A stretch of DNA of 61,676 nucleotides, counting the filler, from Hausera hauseri (lineage: Eukaryota): NCBI GenBank assembly GCA_046269625.1. It is 11 parts of 11 records of this genome, joined end to end, with 100 filler letters (N's around TTAATTAATTAA, not from the genome) between each part and the next. Parts side by side here need not be neighbours in the genome. Positions count along the whole stretch, not along the records: positions 44,156 to 48,564 come from JBJURY010595556.1; positions 48,665 to 56,484 come from JBJURY010902425.1; positions 56,585 to 61,676 come from JBJURY010338380.1; 8 more parts are not named here. One strand, given 5' to 3'. Below are positions 44,156 through 58,009 of this stretch, in pieces; within the stretch, counting starts at the first letter, position 1; the number at the start of each line of letters is the position of its first letter. Under the pieces are notes generated by a model, which had not been told where the DNA came from, searched no databases, and worked only from the letters and a program-made list of their open reading frames with translations. The position numbers were made by a program, and so were the translations under genes.

Positions 44156-45560
44156 TAAGCAATCTTCCCATCTGTCTTGTATCTTTAATTTGATTCCTGG
44201 TCGTCCATTAAACTTTCTGTATGATATCTGTTTGACATACAATTCTTCCAGCGTGGAGATCTGCGTATCGCTCCCACTTTCCTCCATTCTGTTGAAGGAT
44301 ACTTCCTGGAAATTTTCCGTTTTCATAAATTTCCGTACTTTTTCCTCTGTCCTTTTATCCATCGCTATATCTCCGTATCCCCTTCTTCCTGATCCGCCTA
44401 TATTGTTTGATATACTACTACTATTATAAATAAAGATATTTTGGGAGACTGAATCTATCGTAGTTCCCCGATTTGCTTTACTTCTGTCGACGCTATATCT
44501 TTTGGGGCAACTGACTCCTGATCGGATTTTGTTTCTTCCTCCTCTACGTTCGCGACTTCCTCCCGTCTTCTGTTTAAATTATCCCCGTACCTTCTTTTAA
44601 CTCTGTACGTATCCCATCCTAGTTCTCTTCTCCTCTCCAGCTTGGTGTAGAACTCCTTTTCGGTATGTCCCCTCTGGTGACATCATGCACAGCTAAGGTT
44701 AACACAATTTTGTCTGATGTGCCCTAGCTGACCACATCCGTAGCACTGTATTGGTTTTCTTTCGGGACACTGACTGCTTATATGTCCTTCTTTTCCACAT
44801 GTGAAGCATTTAATCGATCTTTGTGTGGTGCACGTTCTGCTTGTATGTCCTTCCTTCTGATACGTCCAACACTTTATTCTACTATTTTGCGGTCTAGTAG
44901 AGGTAGTGTTAATTCTAGGAACGGGTTTTTGATATTTTGTGCTGCCACTTCCTGGTAGCTTCTTCTACCGATCCCCGGATGCTCCTTGACCGTATTGACT
45001 TCTTCTGTCTTAATCTTCACCTCGTGTATCTTCTGTATTTTCACCTTTATTGTTTCCGCGTCTTGTTTTTCACTGAGGCATATTTCTCTTCTCATCTCTC
45101 TATTGTTACAACATTGGAACAATAATTCATCTTTTAGAGCCTCGCGTGAAAGATTGTGTTTCATGATTTTATCCAGAAGTTTCTCTATTATCTCGAAGTA
45201 AGCCTCCGGTTCCGCTCCATTCATTCTGTACTCGAGCGCTTCTTTTAGATCTTCACATAAGGTTGAGGATCGGGCGAAAGCCTTCCGTAGTTGGTTTTGA
45301 TATCCCGTTATCCTTGCATCAACTGCCTCGTATCTTTCTAGTGAATCTTCCTCCAAGACACATTCAACCATGATCTCTCGCTTTGCCGTCGGAGTGTTCA
45401 TATATTTAAAGAATTTTTCACATCCTTTAATGAACTTCTCCACGTCGTCGCCTTTCTTGAACTTGTTGGGCAACAATTGGTTCGCGAAGATGTCCATTGT
45501 GGCGTAAGTTGCCATGTTGGCCGCAGGGGCATCCACGCCGTCCACCTCGTCGTCCAGCTT
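44156..45560 (-). mobile_element. gag: 5' part of an LTR retrotransposon: PBS-like TGGACGACGAGG and a frameshifted gag with 3-4 CCHC knuckles
   Basis: LPNKFKKGDDVEKFIKGCEKFF Gag start. Tandem CFTCGKEGHISSQC and CYGCGQLGHIRQNC knuckles at ~44700-44870 lie in a shifted frame. Confidence 0.8.
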
Positions 45561-45874
45561 GGGTAAGGTTGGATATCCCCGTACCCTGGTCTGTCCGCTG
45601 AATCAGAATTTGATCGTTTGTAATTACTCATGGAAAAGTAACAACAGTTGTTGAAAATTTTTACTGAAATCCAAATTATTTATTTTGGAACAAATTTTCC
45701 AAATTTAAATCAGATTTTTAATATTACATTTTCAAATTAGTTTTAATTTAAATTTAAAAATGTTTCTAATTTAAATTCAGAATTTCTGTTCTCAATTATA
45801 TCCTCAATTATATCCCCTATATTTTCAAACTTGACCTGCAATTTGCTCACTTCTTAGCGTTGCAGTGATTCTAT

Positions 45875-46885
45875 TGTAAACATGACTTTCGATACCACTG
45901 CGTCTAACACGGGATACATGAGCTGCCTGTGTTTGCATTCAGAATGAGTTAAAGAAACTTCTTTGGTCTGCTTGTAGACATCATGTTAGGGAAGTGCTGC
46001 TGTCGCATGTTTTTGCTGGTCTCAATATTGAAGCGTCTAGATCGCTTTCACAAACTACCACATTCGTGAAAACTTTCGCAACTGGCAAGATTTGACGTAT
46101 AAATGCACAGCGATGAAGCTCGACAATTGATAGAACAATGTCGACAGTTCAAGAGATGACTACAAAGAGTGCATAGGGCTATGTGATATGTTCTTGAACA
46201 CAGAAGCAAATGATAAAATTGTGATCTTCAAAAGACCCGGAGCCATCCACAGAGCAAGGTAGATGTCAAAGATGTTATATTCAGTTAAGATATGCTTGTT
46301 GCAAGAAGAATTATCAAAGAAAGCAAACAGCACCATTGTTACCCAAGAACAATTAAAGAATCCCAGAGAATTTGCTTTTTTTGCAACAGTCATTTACAGC
46401 TGGTGGTGGCTGACATGCGGTTTTGCTACTGATGCTCCATGGAACGATTTACAGCTTCACCGCCAAATTTTTAGGTATGACGCGGTCACCTCCAAGGTAT
46501 GAAAGAGTGTATTTCGTGCCCTTAGTCGCCACCGATGGTATTTCACTTAGGAAATGATTCCACTTACTCTATTCATCACTCAGGTATCGGTTATGGATAA
46601 GCGCCAGTTGACTGATAAACTTCTAGCTTGAAATCAGAATTTCATGACAAAGTGTCACAAATTGTTTGGTTCTGGTTACGAAAAACCGAAGTTAGTCATG
46701 AAGTATCAATGTCAAGAAACTTGCAGATTTGGTAGGCCTCGATTCCTGGTTCATATTAAGTTGCTTGCTTCAAGAGCCAAGCTTTCTCGCAGATGTTGAT
46801 GCTTGGACCAGTTCAGAAGCCTATCAAGAAAGGCTCGCACGTCTGCAAGCTATAAAAGTTGTAAATAATGGGGTCAAATGCGTTA
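45875..46885 (+). mobile_element. Degenerate DDE transposase, hAT-related (hATm-like)
   Basis: FDTTASNTG, ACRHHVREVLL, PGAIHRAR*MSKMLYSVKI, APWNDL and IKVVNN motifs spread across frameshifts. Confidence 0.7.
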
Positions 46886-49862
46886 TGATTGGCTCATTTC
46901 TCATGTGTGATAAAAAGTATAAATAGTAATACTTCCACAAAAAATTTCATTTTCATATTTGTCCTATAGCTATTCTCAGTTTCCAAGTTATCAATCCGGT
47001 ATGTTTAGTCAGTACGGGTTTCAACAACCACCACTCGAATATGGCTTTGAATATCCAGCCTGCTATCCACCACCACCACCACCACCACCAAATTTGTTTA
47101 ACGTCCATTTTTAATATAATTACATACATTTTAGTAAAATCATCGACTGCAAAGAAACCAAGAATGATACATTACCTGTCCGATGATGAACTATTCAATG
47201 CGCCATCAACATTTCACGATTGAAATACATATGCTGAAAAAGTGGTCAATGCTAACTTTGTCAAATGTTGATATTTAGAAAAGTATATATGGCTATTACA
47301 TAAAAACCAGACTATAATTGACTATAATTGACGGTTTTGCCATGGTCCATCCTAAACTCAACTTGACGAAGAGAAATATTCTTATGATCTTATGCAAATT
47401 TCAAAATTACTTATTCATATGGAAATGAATTAGAGAATACTATTCAAATCACAGGTTAAACACCTAAAGTTAAAATAGATTTGCAGGGATACAAGATAAA
47501 GATGTAATTCTTCCAATTTGGAGAATAAATGAAATTTTGTGCTTAATGTATATATGTATAATAGTTGTTAATGTTGTGGTGCCGCGTTTGAGGACGTCGC
47601 CATCACTAACGGTAACCGGTTAACAATTCGGTTCCGTTGGGTTGGTTTGCCATTCGTCACAGCCGGTGCTTGCCGGTTCATGTTTCGTTGGCGGTCATCC
47701 AAAGTTTTCAAAAAAATTTATCAGAAACAGATGTTGTAGGTTTATCATGATGGAATACATTGTTTTTGTGATCATATTTGGCCGCCAAGACCCAAACGCA
47801 CAAATCCTAAACGGGGATATAAAGCAGAACAAATGACGTCATGGAAAAACGCAGAGCAATAGAGCCGCGCATAAATGGTTAAAGGAAGTGTATACAAAGA
47901 TTGATGATGAAGTTAACAGCAACCACAGAAAAATAAGATTTCCTATACAACAGAATCCTTGTGTAGACATCTAAAACCAATGGACTGACGTCCTAGCTAA
48001 CAACCGAACCATATTTAAGTTGGTGCACGGCTACCAACCAAACAGTTGGTCTTGTGATTTCTCAAGGTGCAGATATGTATCTGCTAAGCAGTTTTGTCTA
48101 CTGTGGGTCTTGAAGTTCCGTGATGTACGGATGTGGTTACCCAAGACTGTTGTTCTCTGGCTATCGATGAGTATTCATTGATATGACAGTTGGTTCCGAA
48201 GTCTGAAAGTGAGTAGACATATTCACTGTGAAAGCAGTTAATTCCCAGCAAGTCTGTGATGTGGTAGAAGTTGCCTCTTGTCTAGCAGTGATCTCAGAAG
48301 CAAATGTGCTCTTTGCCAACGGGTGAGCTTTTTCAATGTTCGTGGGAGGCAGATGAGCAATTCTGTCGCAGTTACTCAGCAAACCTAGAATATGCCGACA
48401 TCATTTCAGTCAACTGTTTTACGGAGAAAAAATTGAGATGGCCGTCTACAAGCAGCACTTCTAGCTGTTCACCAAAGGAAGCAGTGTCAAACAATTATCT
48501 ATGGAGCAGTCTTGCTCATCATGAGTAATATATATAGCTAGCTATTATCGTCCTATATTTTATGNNNNNNNNNNNNNNNNNNNNNNNNNNNNNNNNNNNN
48601 NNNNNNNNTTAATTAATTAANNNNNNNNNNNNNNNNNNNNNNNNNNNNNNNNNNNNNNNNNNNNTTTAATGCCATGTTTCTTGTACAGGCATTACCAATG
48701 TTTAAAAATGGACTCATTTGGTTAAATTAAAGAAATTCAAGTTGAAGTGTTTATTGTGACTATTTTCAGGACTCAGTGGAGAACATGCAGTCTTTAGACA
48801 GCTGTGAGTACATCTGGGAGGCTGGAGTGGGCTTCGCACAGTCCCCTCCACTCAACTACATCCATGATATGAATAGGTAGGCATGTAGTCAAGTGGTTCT
48901 ATTCTTGGAGGAGTGTGTTTGCTCAGGTTTCTGTTGTAACCTTTTAATCAGTAACCACCATACAAGGTCTGTTCAGAGAGATTTGTGGATCTCGGGTCTG
49001 TCCATGGGTATGAGTGCATAGTTTTATTTTATTTTCTGACTCTTCCATCACATTCTGGTTGTGTGTGACGTTGGTTATATTCTTGTTTCTTCTACTTGCG
49101 TGCAACAGTGTTCTGACCTTCAATACCTGTGTCTCTGCGTCTAGTATCTGGACTTTTTCTAGCGACTGTATAATGATTAACTTCCAGTGGGCTTATACTT
49201 CATTTACCTCTTTCCCTCTTATAAAGATGGTTCCTTTTCTCTGGAACATTCCATCTTTGGCCTGCGTCAAATTGACGATCAAATTCAGCTTGCGACGACT
49301 GCTATCAGTTGATACCTTTTCACCGTGTTCTCGAGTGGAAGATTATGTTTCTTCCTACTACTATGCTAACTTAAGCATGGTTTGTAATAACATGTTCATA
49401 ACGTCCCCGTTTCTCTCTTCTTTTTTATCTTCTTCATCTTCATCTCTTTGTCTACATTTTCCACGTGTATCTGGCTCTCTAATTCGCTTTTCTCATAGTT
49501 TCACCGTTTTATTCTCTTGACTTTTCTATTTCACTTGATTTTTTAAATTCGTTTATCATCGCTACCTGCTTCATTTTTTCTTCGTCTAGTCTCTTCGTTT
49601 GTCAATCCTTCTTTGATATCACTTTCTCTTTGATTTTCGTGTGTGCTTTTACGTCATTCACTACTCTTTCTGCTTGTCTTCTTCCATTTTCTACTTTCCT
49701 TTGCACCTTTTCGACTCTTCAGTTGTACTTTCTTCTCAGAGCTGCCTGTTGCGTAATCTTCACCACTGGTTAATCTTCAGGCGATATGTCGGATACCCTT
49801 TTTCGCTTCTTACTTCTTATAATTTGCTCCATTTCTTATGTCTCAGCGTCAATGTCTTCGAC

Positions 49863-49902
<40 letters not shown>

Positions 49903-52900
49903 CTTTATTTTCAAAGGGTTGAGAATTGGGCACACAGGCCCGTCTTACATTCTGCCCTTCCTGTCTCAAACAATTCTCAAACAATAGATAATACATAAAT
50001 TTGATACATATACCATCATACATACATATTGTCATACACGTTTTGATATTAACCCTTCACTCACAAGAGCAAACTAAGTTAAACCTAAATTTTTACATGT
50101 AAACAGCCACAGAAAGCAATTGCATTCATCTTCCATCAACTCATACATAATTAGTTACATTGGCATTATAACAGAATCGTAAGAATAAGCAACCACGTGC
50201 ACCCCGTTCTCACGACACACACTCACGATTCACAGACTCATTGGAGTAAACTACATTCATGGAAATATAGGTAATCATGCCGTATCATATTATACATAAT
50301 TAATAGTAATTGTGACACTTCCTGGTACTAAACACGTTCTGAGATTAAATCAACAAGTATCATTAATCAAGCAGCAGACTTGTTGCATGTGCAATAATAT
50401 AGTCCGCCTGTAAGGTTGTTAGTCAATACTGCTGAGATAATCAAACAATTTAGAATTAAATATATATGGACTGTAGGAGTTCTTCAAGCTGTTTGGAAGA
50501 CCATTCCAAATCTGGGCAGCAGAAAATGAAAAACTCTTCTTAAACAAGTCAAGATTAGCTCGCGGTATATGAATGGTTTTCAATCGTTGGCTATGTCTGC
50601 CATCTGAATTCAACGTTGACCATAGATATGATGGAACATTATGTGACAAAATCTTGTGAGCTAGTTTAGCCTTGTTGAAGTCAAACCTTTTTCTAAGAGG
50701 CAGCAACTTAAGATGCTGGAAAGCTTCTCTGCTACGTTCAGGTCGTCTATTACAGATTAGTCGTACAGCTCGCTTCTGGAGTGAGTATAGCCTTTTCGTG
50801 TTAGAGTCGGCACATCCATCCCAAACAGTAGAGCAGTAGTCTATATGTGACTGTATTTGTGTTATGTAAAATATTCTCCTTGTATTCTCATTTAGAAAAT
50901 GTTTAATTTTGGCCAACTGATACACCTTTTGAGCTACAAGTTTAGTCACTGCTTGTGCCTGGGGTTTCCAAGTCAGGTTTTGGTCAATGATCACACCTAA
51001 TGATTTATATTCATTTACATTTTCGATGAATGAGTTTCCAATAAACAGCTGAAGACCTGTTTTGTTTGAATTATATAGTTTCTGTCTTGTTGTTATTAAC
51101 ATAGATTTGGTCTTTTTGATGTTGACCACCATCCTGTTCCTGTTGCTCCAGTCAACTAAAGTGTCCAAGTCATTTTGTAAGGTGGTTTCTAATATATTAC
51201 AGTCTGTATCATTCTTATAGACTGTACAGTCATCAGCAAAAAGATCACATGATGAAAAATTGAGATGCAATGGAAGGTCATTAATATAGACTGCAAAAAG
51301 CAGGGGGCCAAGCACAGATCCTTGAGGAACACCACCATCAACTGGAGTGGGCTGGGACAACGAGTTATTATAAGATACAACTTGCTGCCTATCTGACAAG
51401 AAAGAATTAATTATCCTGACTAAGCTAGTGTTAGTTTTCATAACTTCCAACTTTCTCAGTAGGATGGAGTGGTCAATCATGTCAAAGGCTTTCTTAAAAT
51501 CTACAAATATTGCACCACATAAGTCGTTATTATTGATTTTGGAGTACCAATGTTCAGTCATTTTAGTTAAAGCTGTGTGACATGAATGTTTTGGTCTAAA
51601 CCCAGATTGGTTATCAATTAACAGGTTATTGGTTGCAAGATGGTGGAATGTTAGTTTATATATATGTTTTTCTAATGGTTTTGACAGGGACGAGATAAGG
51701 GAAATAGGTCTATAATTGTCGATCTGGGCGCTACCTGATGAAGTACATTTCTGCAAAGGATAAACTTTAGCTATCTTAAGAGATCTAGGGAAAATATTTT
51801 GTGATAAACATTGGTTGTACATGAACGTCAGCGAATCACAAATAACTGGCGCAGCATAGCGTAATGCCCTATTACAAATCCCATCAATTCCCGATGAGCA
51901 GTTGTTTTTAAGACTTAATAGATAATGATATACATCACTAACTGTCATAAGGGGAAGATGGTCATTGTTGGCTGTGACATGTTTGCCCTCACAGAAGGAG
52001 GTTAGTTTGCTTAGGTCACAATGAGAATTAGGAATTGAAGATTTGCTATTAATTATTTCATCTTGGAAATAATGGCTAAAGTCCGTAGCACTAAATGCAG
52101 CATTGTAAGCAGAATTATCGGATGAACGACCTTTGTTAGATAAAGTGGCTATTGCCTTCCATATATCTTTACTGTTGTTTTTATCCTGGACTAAACTGCT
52201 AAAGTAGGCTTTCTTTTCTCGTCGAATCAAGTACTGCACCTTGTTCCGTAGAATTCGGTATGTACTCATATCTTTTAGTTTGTGAGCTCGGTCCCTCTCT
52301 CGCATAGTGTGGAGTACTTCTTGTGTGATCCACGGAGATTTAGTCTGACTCTTCACACGCACTACTTTGACAGGTGCATGCTTCGATAACACACTAAGGA
52401 AGACATCTGTCCAGTATCTAAATGCATCCTCCGGATCTGGAAGCTGATAAACTAATGAAAGGGGCGCAGCCTTTAGGTCGTTTAGGAACAAATCCAAGTT
52501 GAAGTTTTTAAAGCTTCTATATTTGATACTAATGTGTCTGCTTTTAGGGGCTCTATAGCCTCTCTTGGACCACGTGCAGCAGACTGGGTAGTGGTCGCTT
52601 ATGGCATTTGTAAGTACCGAGCATTCTGTGATATGTTGAGGACACGTAACATAAATATGGTCGATAAGAGTAGATGACCTTTCAGTGATTCTAGTGGGAT
52701 ATCTGACAATCTGTGTGAGGTTGTATGACATCATGATATTTTCCCAGTTTTCATGTGATTTTTGCAGATCGATGTTGAAATCTCCGAATAGTAGCACTTC
52801 TTTGTCAGTGTTTGTTATCCTGTCCATCATATTTGTGAAGTCGTCATACCACTTGATAGGTGCTGCAGGATTTCTGTAGAGATATCCAATTAAAATAGAT

Positions 52901-55520
52901 CCATATTTAGAAAGTTTGACTTCTAGCCATAGACATTCTATCTCTGTAGTCTCTAAGTCAATTCTCCTGTGAAAGTTCAAAGACTTGGAAATGTAGGTGA
53001 CTATGCCAGTGTCAAGGTTCATGACCGGGTCGCGTCTGACAAAACTGAATCCTTGTATTGCAATGTCATTATCACTAATATTATCATTTAAACGACATTC
53101 GGATAATCCAAACACATGGAAGTTATCATTCAAAATTAAAGAGAGTTCTGGTATTTTGCCAGCAACATGATAAACATTGAGATGACCTAATCGCAAGCCA
53201 TTCTTAGTAAGCATCTGTCTGTGATGCTGCGTCATGATGCAGATACAGTGCTTTGTTATGGCATTAATGATTATGGACAGTAAAATTGAAACGGAAGGGA
53301 AAGATAACTAAAAGGCTGTTAGCTCTCATCAAAATATACCATCCTTGACACTAAGGTAGGCATTATAAAAATGAGAGTATTATTTATGGTATAAATGGTG
53401 CAAGACTAGCTTTGTAGCATAGTGAGAGCACAATATCATACAATGTGTAAATACTAAAAAATCAGTCAGTGCCAGGTACAAAATCATATAGGTAACAGTT
53501 GATTACACTTGTATACAGGTTTTAAATGAAGTTAATAACTGCTGTTTAAACTCTGCCATGGAGGAGGGGCTCCTTTGTAAAAGAGTTCAGCAGGGCCATA
53601 TGGTACTCCCCAAGAGTAGTAAGGATTTTGTGACCAATAAGACCACCAAGCATGGTAATTTCTGTAGTCACTAAAGGCCTGCGGATTTGAATAAGTCAGA
53701 GGTTGAGGTGATGAGATAAAAGATTGTTGTAGCGATGGTGGCATTTGACATGAATTCTGAGCCGCTCATTGGTGGATCGCTGAAGGTTAACCGTGTTAGA
53801 CTGTTGTACTATTGGCTCTTCCACATTGGTGGGCTGCTCATGTTGTTGAGTGACATGAGTTGTCTTCTCAGACTGATCTAATGTATTAGTGACGCCAACA
53901 CTACCTTTATGGGTGGTAATGGACTTTGTAGACATTCGAGGAAACTCAGTATTGTAGCTGGTACATGTGTATTTCGCCCTTGTGTGGTTGTAGAGTTGCG
54001 ATATTTTAGCAAATTATATTTATTCGGCAGTGTTTTATTGGGGTGCTTGATATTTGATGCTAGTAAACTAACACCAAGACTGGAAAACTGTCACCGAAGA
54101 ACTTTTTTCTTGGTGCTCCTGACTTGGTAAGAAAATACTGGGTGTGGTTGATGAAGGTGTGGTTGTACTGTACACAGTGTCTATTCAGTATTTTGTTATT
54201 ACTGTCTACGGCCGTGCGAAAATATCCACTGACAGGGGGGATAATAGATGACATAAAAATTTTGGCTGTGGGGAAAAGGATCTTCAGTTTCTTTGATATT
54301 TTGGTAAGATCTTCTTGGGACATGGCCCTATTCTGTAAGGAATTGGCCAGACCAATATGAATGGTCACTCTAGTGACTGCTGTGTCTGTAGAATAAGTAT
54401 TTAAGTGTGATAGGAGTTGTTTAGTTGATGCCCCGTGTTTAAAGCATATCCTCACAAGGTCATTATTGCCAGTGGCTAATTTCGAATGAGGAAGATTCTT
54501 GAGGCACTGGTCTCCCAGGACAAGATGTTTGTTTGCTTGTTTGGAATTGAGGCTAGAATCTATGTTCTTGTTTTGGATGGGAAGGTTGTCCTCTCTCCGT
54601 TCGCAGACTTTGCCTTGGCTGTGGCGTAGCTCATCAGTCTGTAGCTGTGAAAAACGATTAGACATTTTCACGGGAATCTGATGCATGACAGGCGAAGTTG
54701 GTGCCCCCATTGGAATTTGGTGATAGTCATCAAGTTTATTTTCTTGTTTGTTAAATGAATTGTTCTTCAGACAAGAATTGGGAAACTAGTGACACTTTGA
54801 CTTTCCTTTTCAACATTCAGACAGTCAGTGATCTGGTTTGGAATGTTGCATAGTCCATGATTCTCTTCGCATGATGTTTTTAACAAAACGTGTTCGACTT
54901 GTAGCTTGTCTAGAGAGAAACTTCTGAGAATACTGCCAGAGGAATTGGTTCTCAAGGTGCTCCACTGTCTGGGTTTTCTGTTAAATGAGGTGAAGAATAG
55001 CAAACGGATGGTAGTAGTGTATTAAAGGTGCCTGAAGTATCTGATGAGGTGTTAGACGAGATGTTTGATAATTCATGTGATAATTTATCAGAGCTAGGTG
55101 ATGTTTAGAGATGTTCAAGCACAAGGAAAGTCCACCACTGATAGGACGTGATTCGATGCTGATATCATGAGTTGAGGCATCCATGCAAACACCCGATGAG
55201 GTTGTGGCCATTTTCCACAAACGCTGGAGGTCGTCTTCGATCCACTTCTTAACAGCTATTTCACTCCCTTGTGTCATGATTTTGTTGTTGGTGTTGTAGA
55301 AATGCAGGAAAGCATCACCTGTTGAAATGATGTCTTCAGTGTAGGCTCCATTGATATCGACCATTGATTCTACGGCATTAGAGTGGTCTTTTGATTTCGA
55401 TATAATATACGAAACGATTGTGATAACGAGCTCGTTACTTCCGTTGGCCCTTCTCGACGTTGACAATCTGCTGTTGCAGGCAAACTGATAGATGCTTTTC
55501 GAAGTAGTGGTAACAACCAC
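49863..55520 (-). mobile_element. Near full-length LINE: fragmented ORF1 (with SGNH-esterase-like domain), ORF2, 3' UTR and (TTA)n tail
   Basis: ORF1 pieces FYNTNNKIMTQG and HLVLGDQ..GAST..IHIGLAN. The 3' end reads aagggcagaatgtaaga...cccttt-gaaaataaag-(tta)n at 49960-49863. Confidence 0.85.
50419..53235 (-). CDS. Non-LTR retrotransposon ORF2 (APE endonuclease plus RT), CR1/L2 group (Crack/Daphne-like), intact
   Basis: GHLNV..GLSE, YRNP, GDFNID, STLIDH, SDHY, NYRPIS, QSGFR, VDFKKAFD, GVPQGSVLGP and FADD in a 938-aa open frame. Confidence 0.95.
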   Translation of the reverse strand: MTQHHRQMLTKNGLRLGHLNVYHVAGKIPELSLILNDNFHVFGLSECRLNDNISDNDIAIQGFSFVRRDPVMNLDTGIVTYISKSLNFHRRIDLETTEIECLWLEVKLSKYGSILIGYLYRNPAAPIKWYDDFTNMMDRITNTDKEVLLFGDFNIDLQKSHENWENIMMSYNLTQIVRYPTRITERSSTLIDHIYVTCPQHITECSVLTNAISDHYPVCCTWSKRGYRAPKSRHISIKYRSFKNFNLDLFLNDLKAAPLSLVYQLPDPEDAFRYWTDVFLSVLSKHAPVKVVRVKSQTKSPWITQEVLHTMRERDRAHKLKDMSTYRILRNKVQYLIRREKKAYFSSLVQDKNNSKDIWKAIATLSNKGRSSDNSAYNAAFSATDFSHYFQDEIINSKSSIPNSHCDLSKLTSFCEGKHVTANNDHLPLMTVSDVYHYLLSLKNNCSSGIDGICNRALRYAAPVICDSLTFMYNQCLSQNIFPRSLKIAKVYPLQKCTSSGSAQIDNYRPISLISSLSKPLEKHIYKLTFHHLATNNLLIDNQSGFRPKHSCHTALTKMTEHWYSKINNNDLCGAIFVDFKKAFDMIDHSILLRKLEVMKTNTSLVRIINSFLSDRQQVVSYNNSLSQPTPVDGGVPQGSVLGPLLFAVYINDLPLHLNFSSCDLFADDCTVYKNDTDCNILETTLQNDLDTLVDWSNRNRMVVNIKKTKSMLITTRQKLYNSNKTGLQLFIGNSFIENVNEYKSLGVIIDQNLTWKPQAQAVTKLVAQKVYQLAKIKHFLNENTRRIFYITQIQSHIDYCSTVWDGCADSNTKRLYSLQKRAVRLICNRRPERSREAFQHLKLLPLRKRFDFNKAKLAHKILSHNVPSYLWSTLNSDGRHSQRLKTIHIPRANLDLFKKSFSFSAAQIWNGLPNSLKNSYSPYIFNSKLFDYLSSID

Positions 55521-56159
55521 AATGTAGTTACGCCGATTTCACTAGCGGGGTTGAGAACATTTGAATTGACTTGCTTTCACAAACCTTCTCTGTGCTCAAT
55601 AGTGATCTTTCTGTGACCACTGCGTTAACGAATCTGCTGAAAAAATTACGAATGCTCCCTTTGAAGCATATATTAGACGCCTTCGTCGGAAATCGATTCT
55701 TCTGCAAAGCGTAAGGTAACTGCCGTACTAACTGTTAGACCTCAACAGCTAAGATATCTGAGACAAACGGTATCAAAACTGATACATCAACCATCATGCT
55801 TGATGCTAACACTTCAGCACTGGTAATGCTTCAACTGACTGACTGCCGTTGCCAAAGCCATTCGTTACCAACCATTGTGTCATTGCATGGTTTATTTTCG
55901 TGTATACAGGGATACTTGTCGCTGCAAACCAGTCGTATCACTTTTGCCGTTGAATGTACTTCATTAACTTTTTGTTTTCTGCGTCATAGCCGTAGCCCTC
56001 GGAGGTACAGTCCTGAGTTCTGGCAGCCATATTGCATCGTGACGTCACCAAAGCCGTTCCTTTATAATGGCTTAAAAAGTGTTTTATTGGAAGTAACGAA
56101 CAAACAAACCTAATTTTATCGGGGTAAAGAAATAAGCAGAATCGCTTTTGTTACATTTC

Positions 56160-56484
56160 TGCCATGAGGCAACATCACCATCATCATCAAGCGCCATGCC
56201 TAATGGCGTTGGCGATTATGTCTCTCCACATCTCAATTTTCTTTGCTTGATACCCAATCCATTAATGATTTTGTATCTCTTGTGCTTGGTATCAAAACAA
56301 TTGATCATTTTTTCTCCATACCAAGTTGTCAAACCATCTAATCCATCATCATCATCATCACCAGCTTGTGCCCTACCTAATGGCATTGATGATCATGTCT
56401 CTCCACGTCCCATTTTACTTGTGCTTAGTATCAAAACAGTTGATGGTTTTTGTCCATACCATGTTGTCAAACCATCTAACAACA
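56160..56484. repeat. Degenerate tandem repeat with (CAT)n tracts
   Basis: cctaatggc(g/a)ttg...gtctctccac and ccatacca(a/t)gttgtcaaaccatctaa each occur twice. Confidence 0.6.
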
Positions 56485-58009
56485 NNNNNNNNNNNNNNNN
56501 NNNNNNNNNNNNNNNNNNNNNNNNNNNNTTAATTAATTAANNNNNNNNNNNNNNNNNNNNNNNNNNNNNNNNNNNNNNNNNNNNCTTACGATAATATATG
56601 GGAAAAAATATTCTCAACTGCAGGCCTTCAAGAAAAAAATTACGGCAACATTTAGGCGCAGCAAGCTAGCGTGATTCGTTCTCGTAGTGAGTCACAACAA
56701 ACTACTAACAACTATCCTTTAAAGAACTGCAGAAGGTGGCCGCCGAAGAGGTCGACATCGGAAATGCTGGTTCGACGACATCAAAGAGTGGACGGGAATG
56801 GGAATTCCACAACTACTGCCATACAATCCCACATTATTATCACAGGACCACTAAATGACCCCCATTACTTGACAGTAATGATTTCACAATGTTTCACTGA
56901 CAATTATTATAAACAGACTTATCCACTTACTGCTGCTCTGTCTGAACCGCCTTGTTCTGCTGCAACATGGCATCATGACTCCCTTGTCTAATCTGTCCTG
57001 TCAGCTTGATTCTTCTCGTACCTTTCCAGAAGGCTTGTAGGAATGCACGAAACATGCTTTGCAAGCATTCTACTCTGCACTCAAGTTAATTGGAAGTGTG
57101 GTACTTTTTATTTACCCATCGCTTGGTTTCTTTCTGTCTGAAGAACACTTTGTTGGACCATCAGTATCTGTAGTTGGTTAATTTGTCTTCCAGTTAGCTG
57201 AGTGGTTTCAGCCCTGCTGTCCTGAATGTTTTAGTTGTTCTCATACCTCCACACTCCTGACCCAAATACTGAATGACTTTTCAAAAGTGGACATAAAAAA
57301 CCCCTAAAAATCTTGAAAGGCTGATCGAAAATAGATAGCTATGTTACAGACAGTCAAACGTTTTACAAGCGACGCCCCGACTACCAAATAGGTTAAGAGG
57401 CCAAGACAAGACAAGGTAAAGCACCATCCCAGTTCACATGGCCTGCAAAATTCGGATACATTAAAGGTTCGTTACCTTGTCATTTGGATATCAAAGAAAG
57501 AATGCCGAAATATCGCTGCCGTGGAAACATTATTTACAACAAATTCTGTACCATTGCTTTTACCATTTCACAACATTTGTAATTCTAGATATTAATGAAT
57601 CCTATGATTCTTTACCAAGACACCTTCTTCCTGAAAAAATAACATTCTTAGAAATTGTCTTAGTTCATACTTACTTATTTTTATCCTATCTATTTTGACA
57701 GTTTCTAGATGTTTTTTTGAGAATCCTTCCTTTTCTGCATTTTGGAAAGATGAGGAAACATTTGAGATTGTCCGTTGCAGAATTACAGTACCTTTTCTCA
57801 TCCCCATTTCTTTCATTTAAAAACTCTTTGAATGTTTTAACATTAAACTGACCCATAAACCATTGTTTAAATCAACTTGATTAAAATATTTCACATGTTG
57901 CCGCTTTATGATGCACTCATTCAGGACTTACAGAAGAAAAGCAACCCAAGTGCCTTTTGTCTTTACTTCCTCAGAGGTTGGTTGTTAAAAACTAAACTGT
58001 AGCAGCATC

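Noticed and set aside
45719-45727. Exact geminivirus nonanucleotide TAATATTAC
   Set aside because: Lies in AT-rich DNA on a contig with no rep and no GC stem; expected by chance.
48900-49860. Purine-rich, coiled-coil-like minus-strand region and ORF 49014..49520
   Set aside because: Probably a decayed retroelement ORF1 into which the LINE inserted. The plus-strand ORF is its low-complexity antisense, and there is no diagnostic motif.
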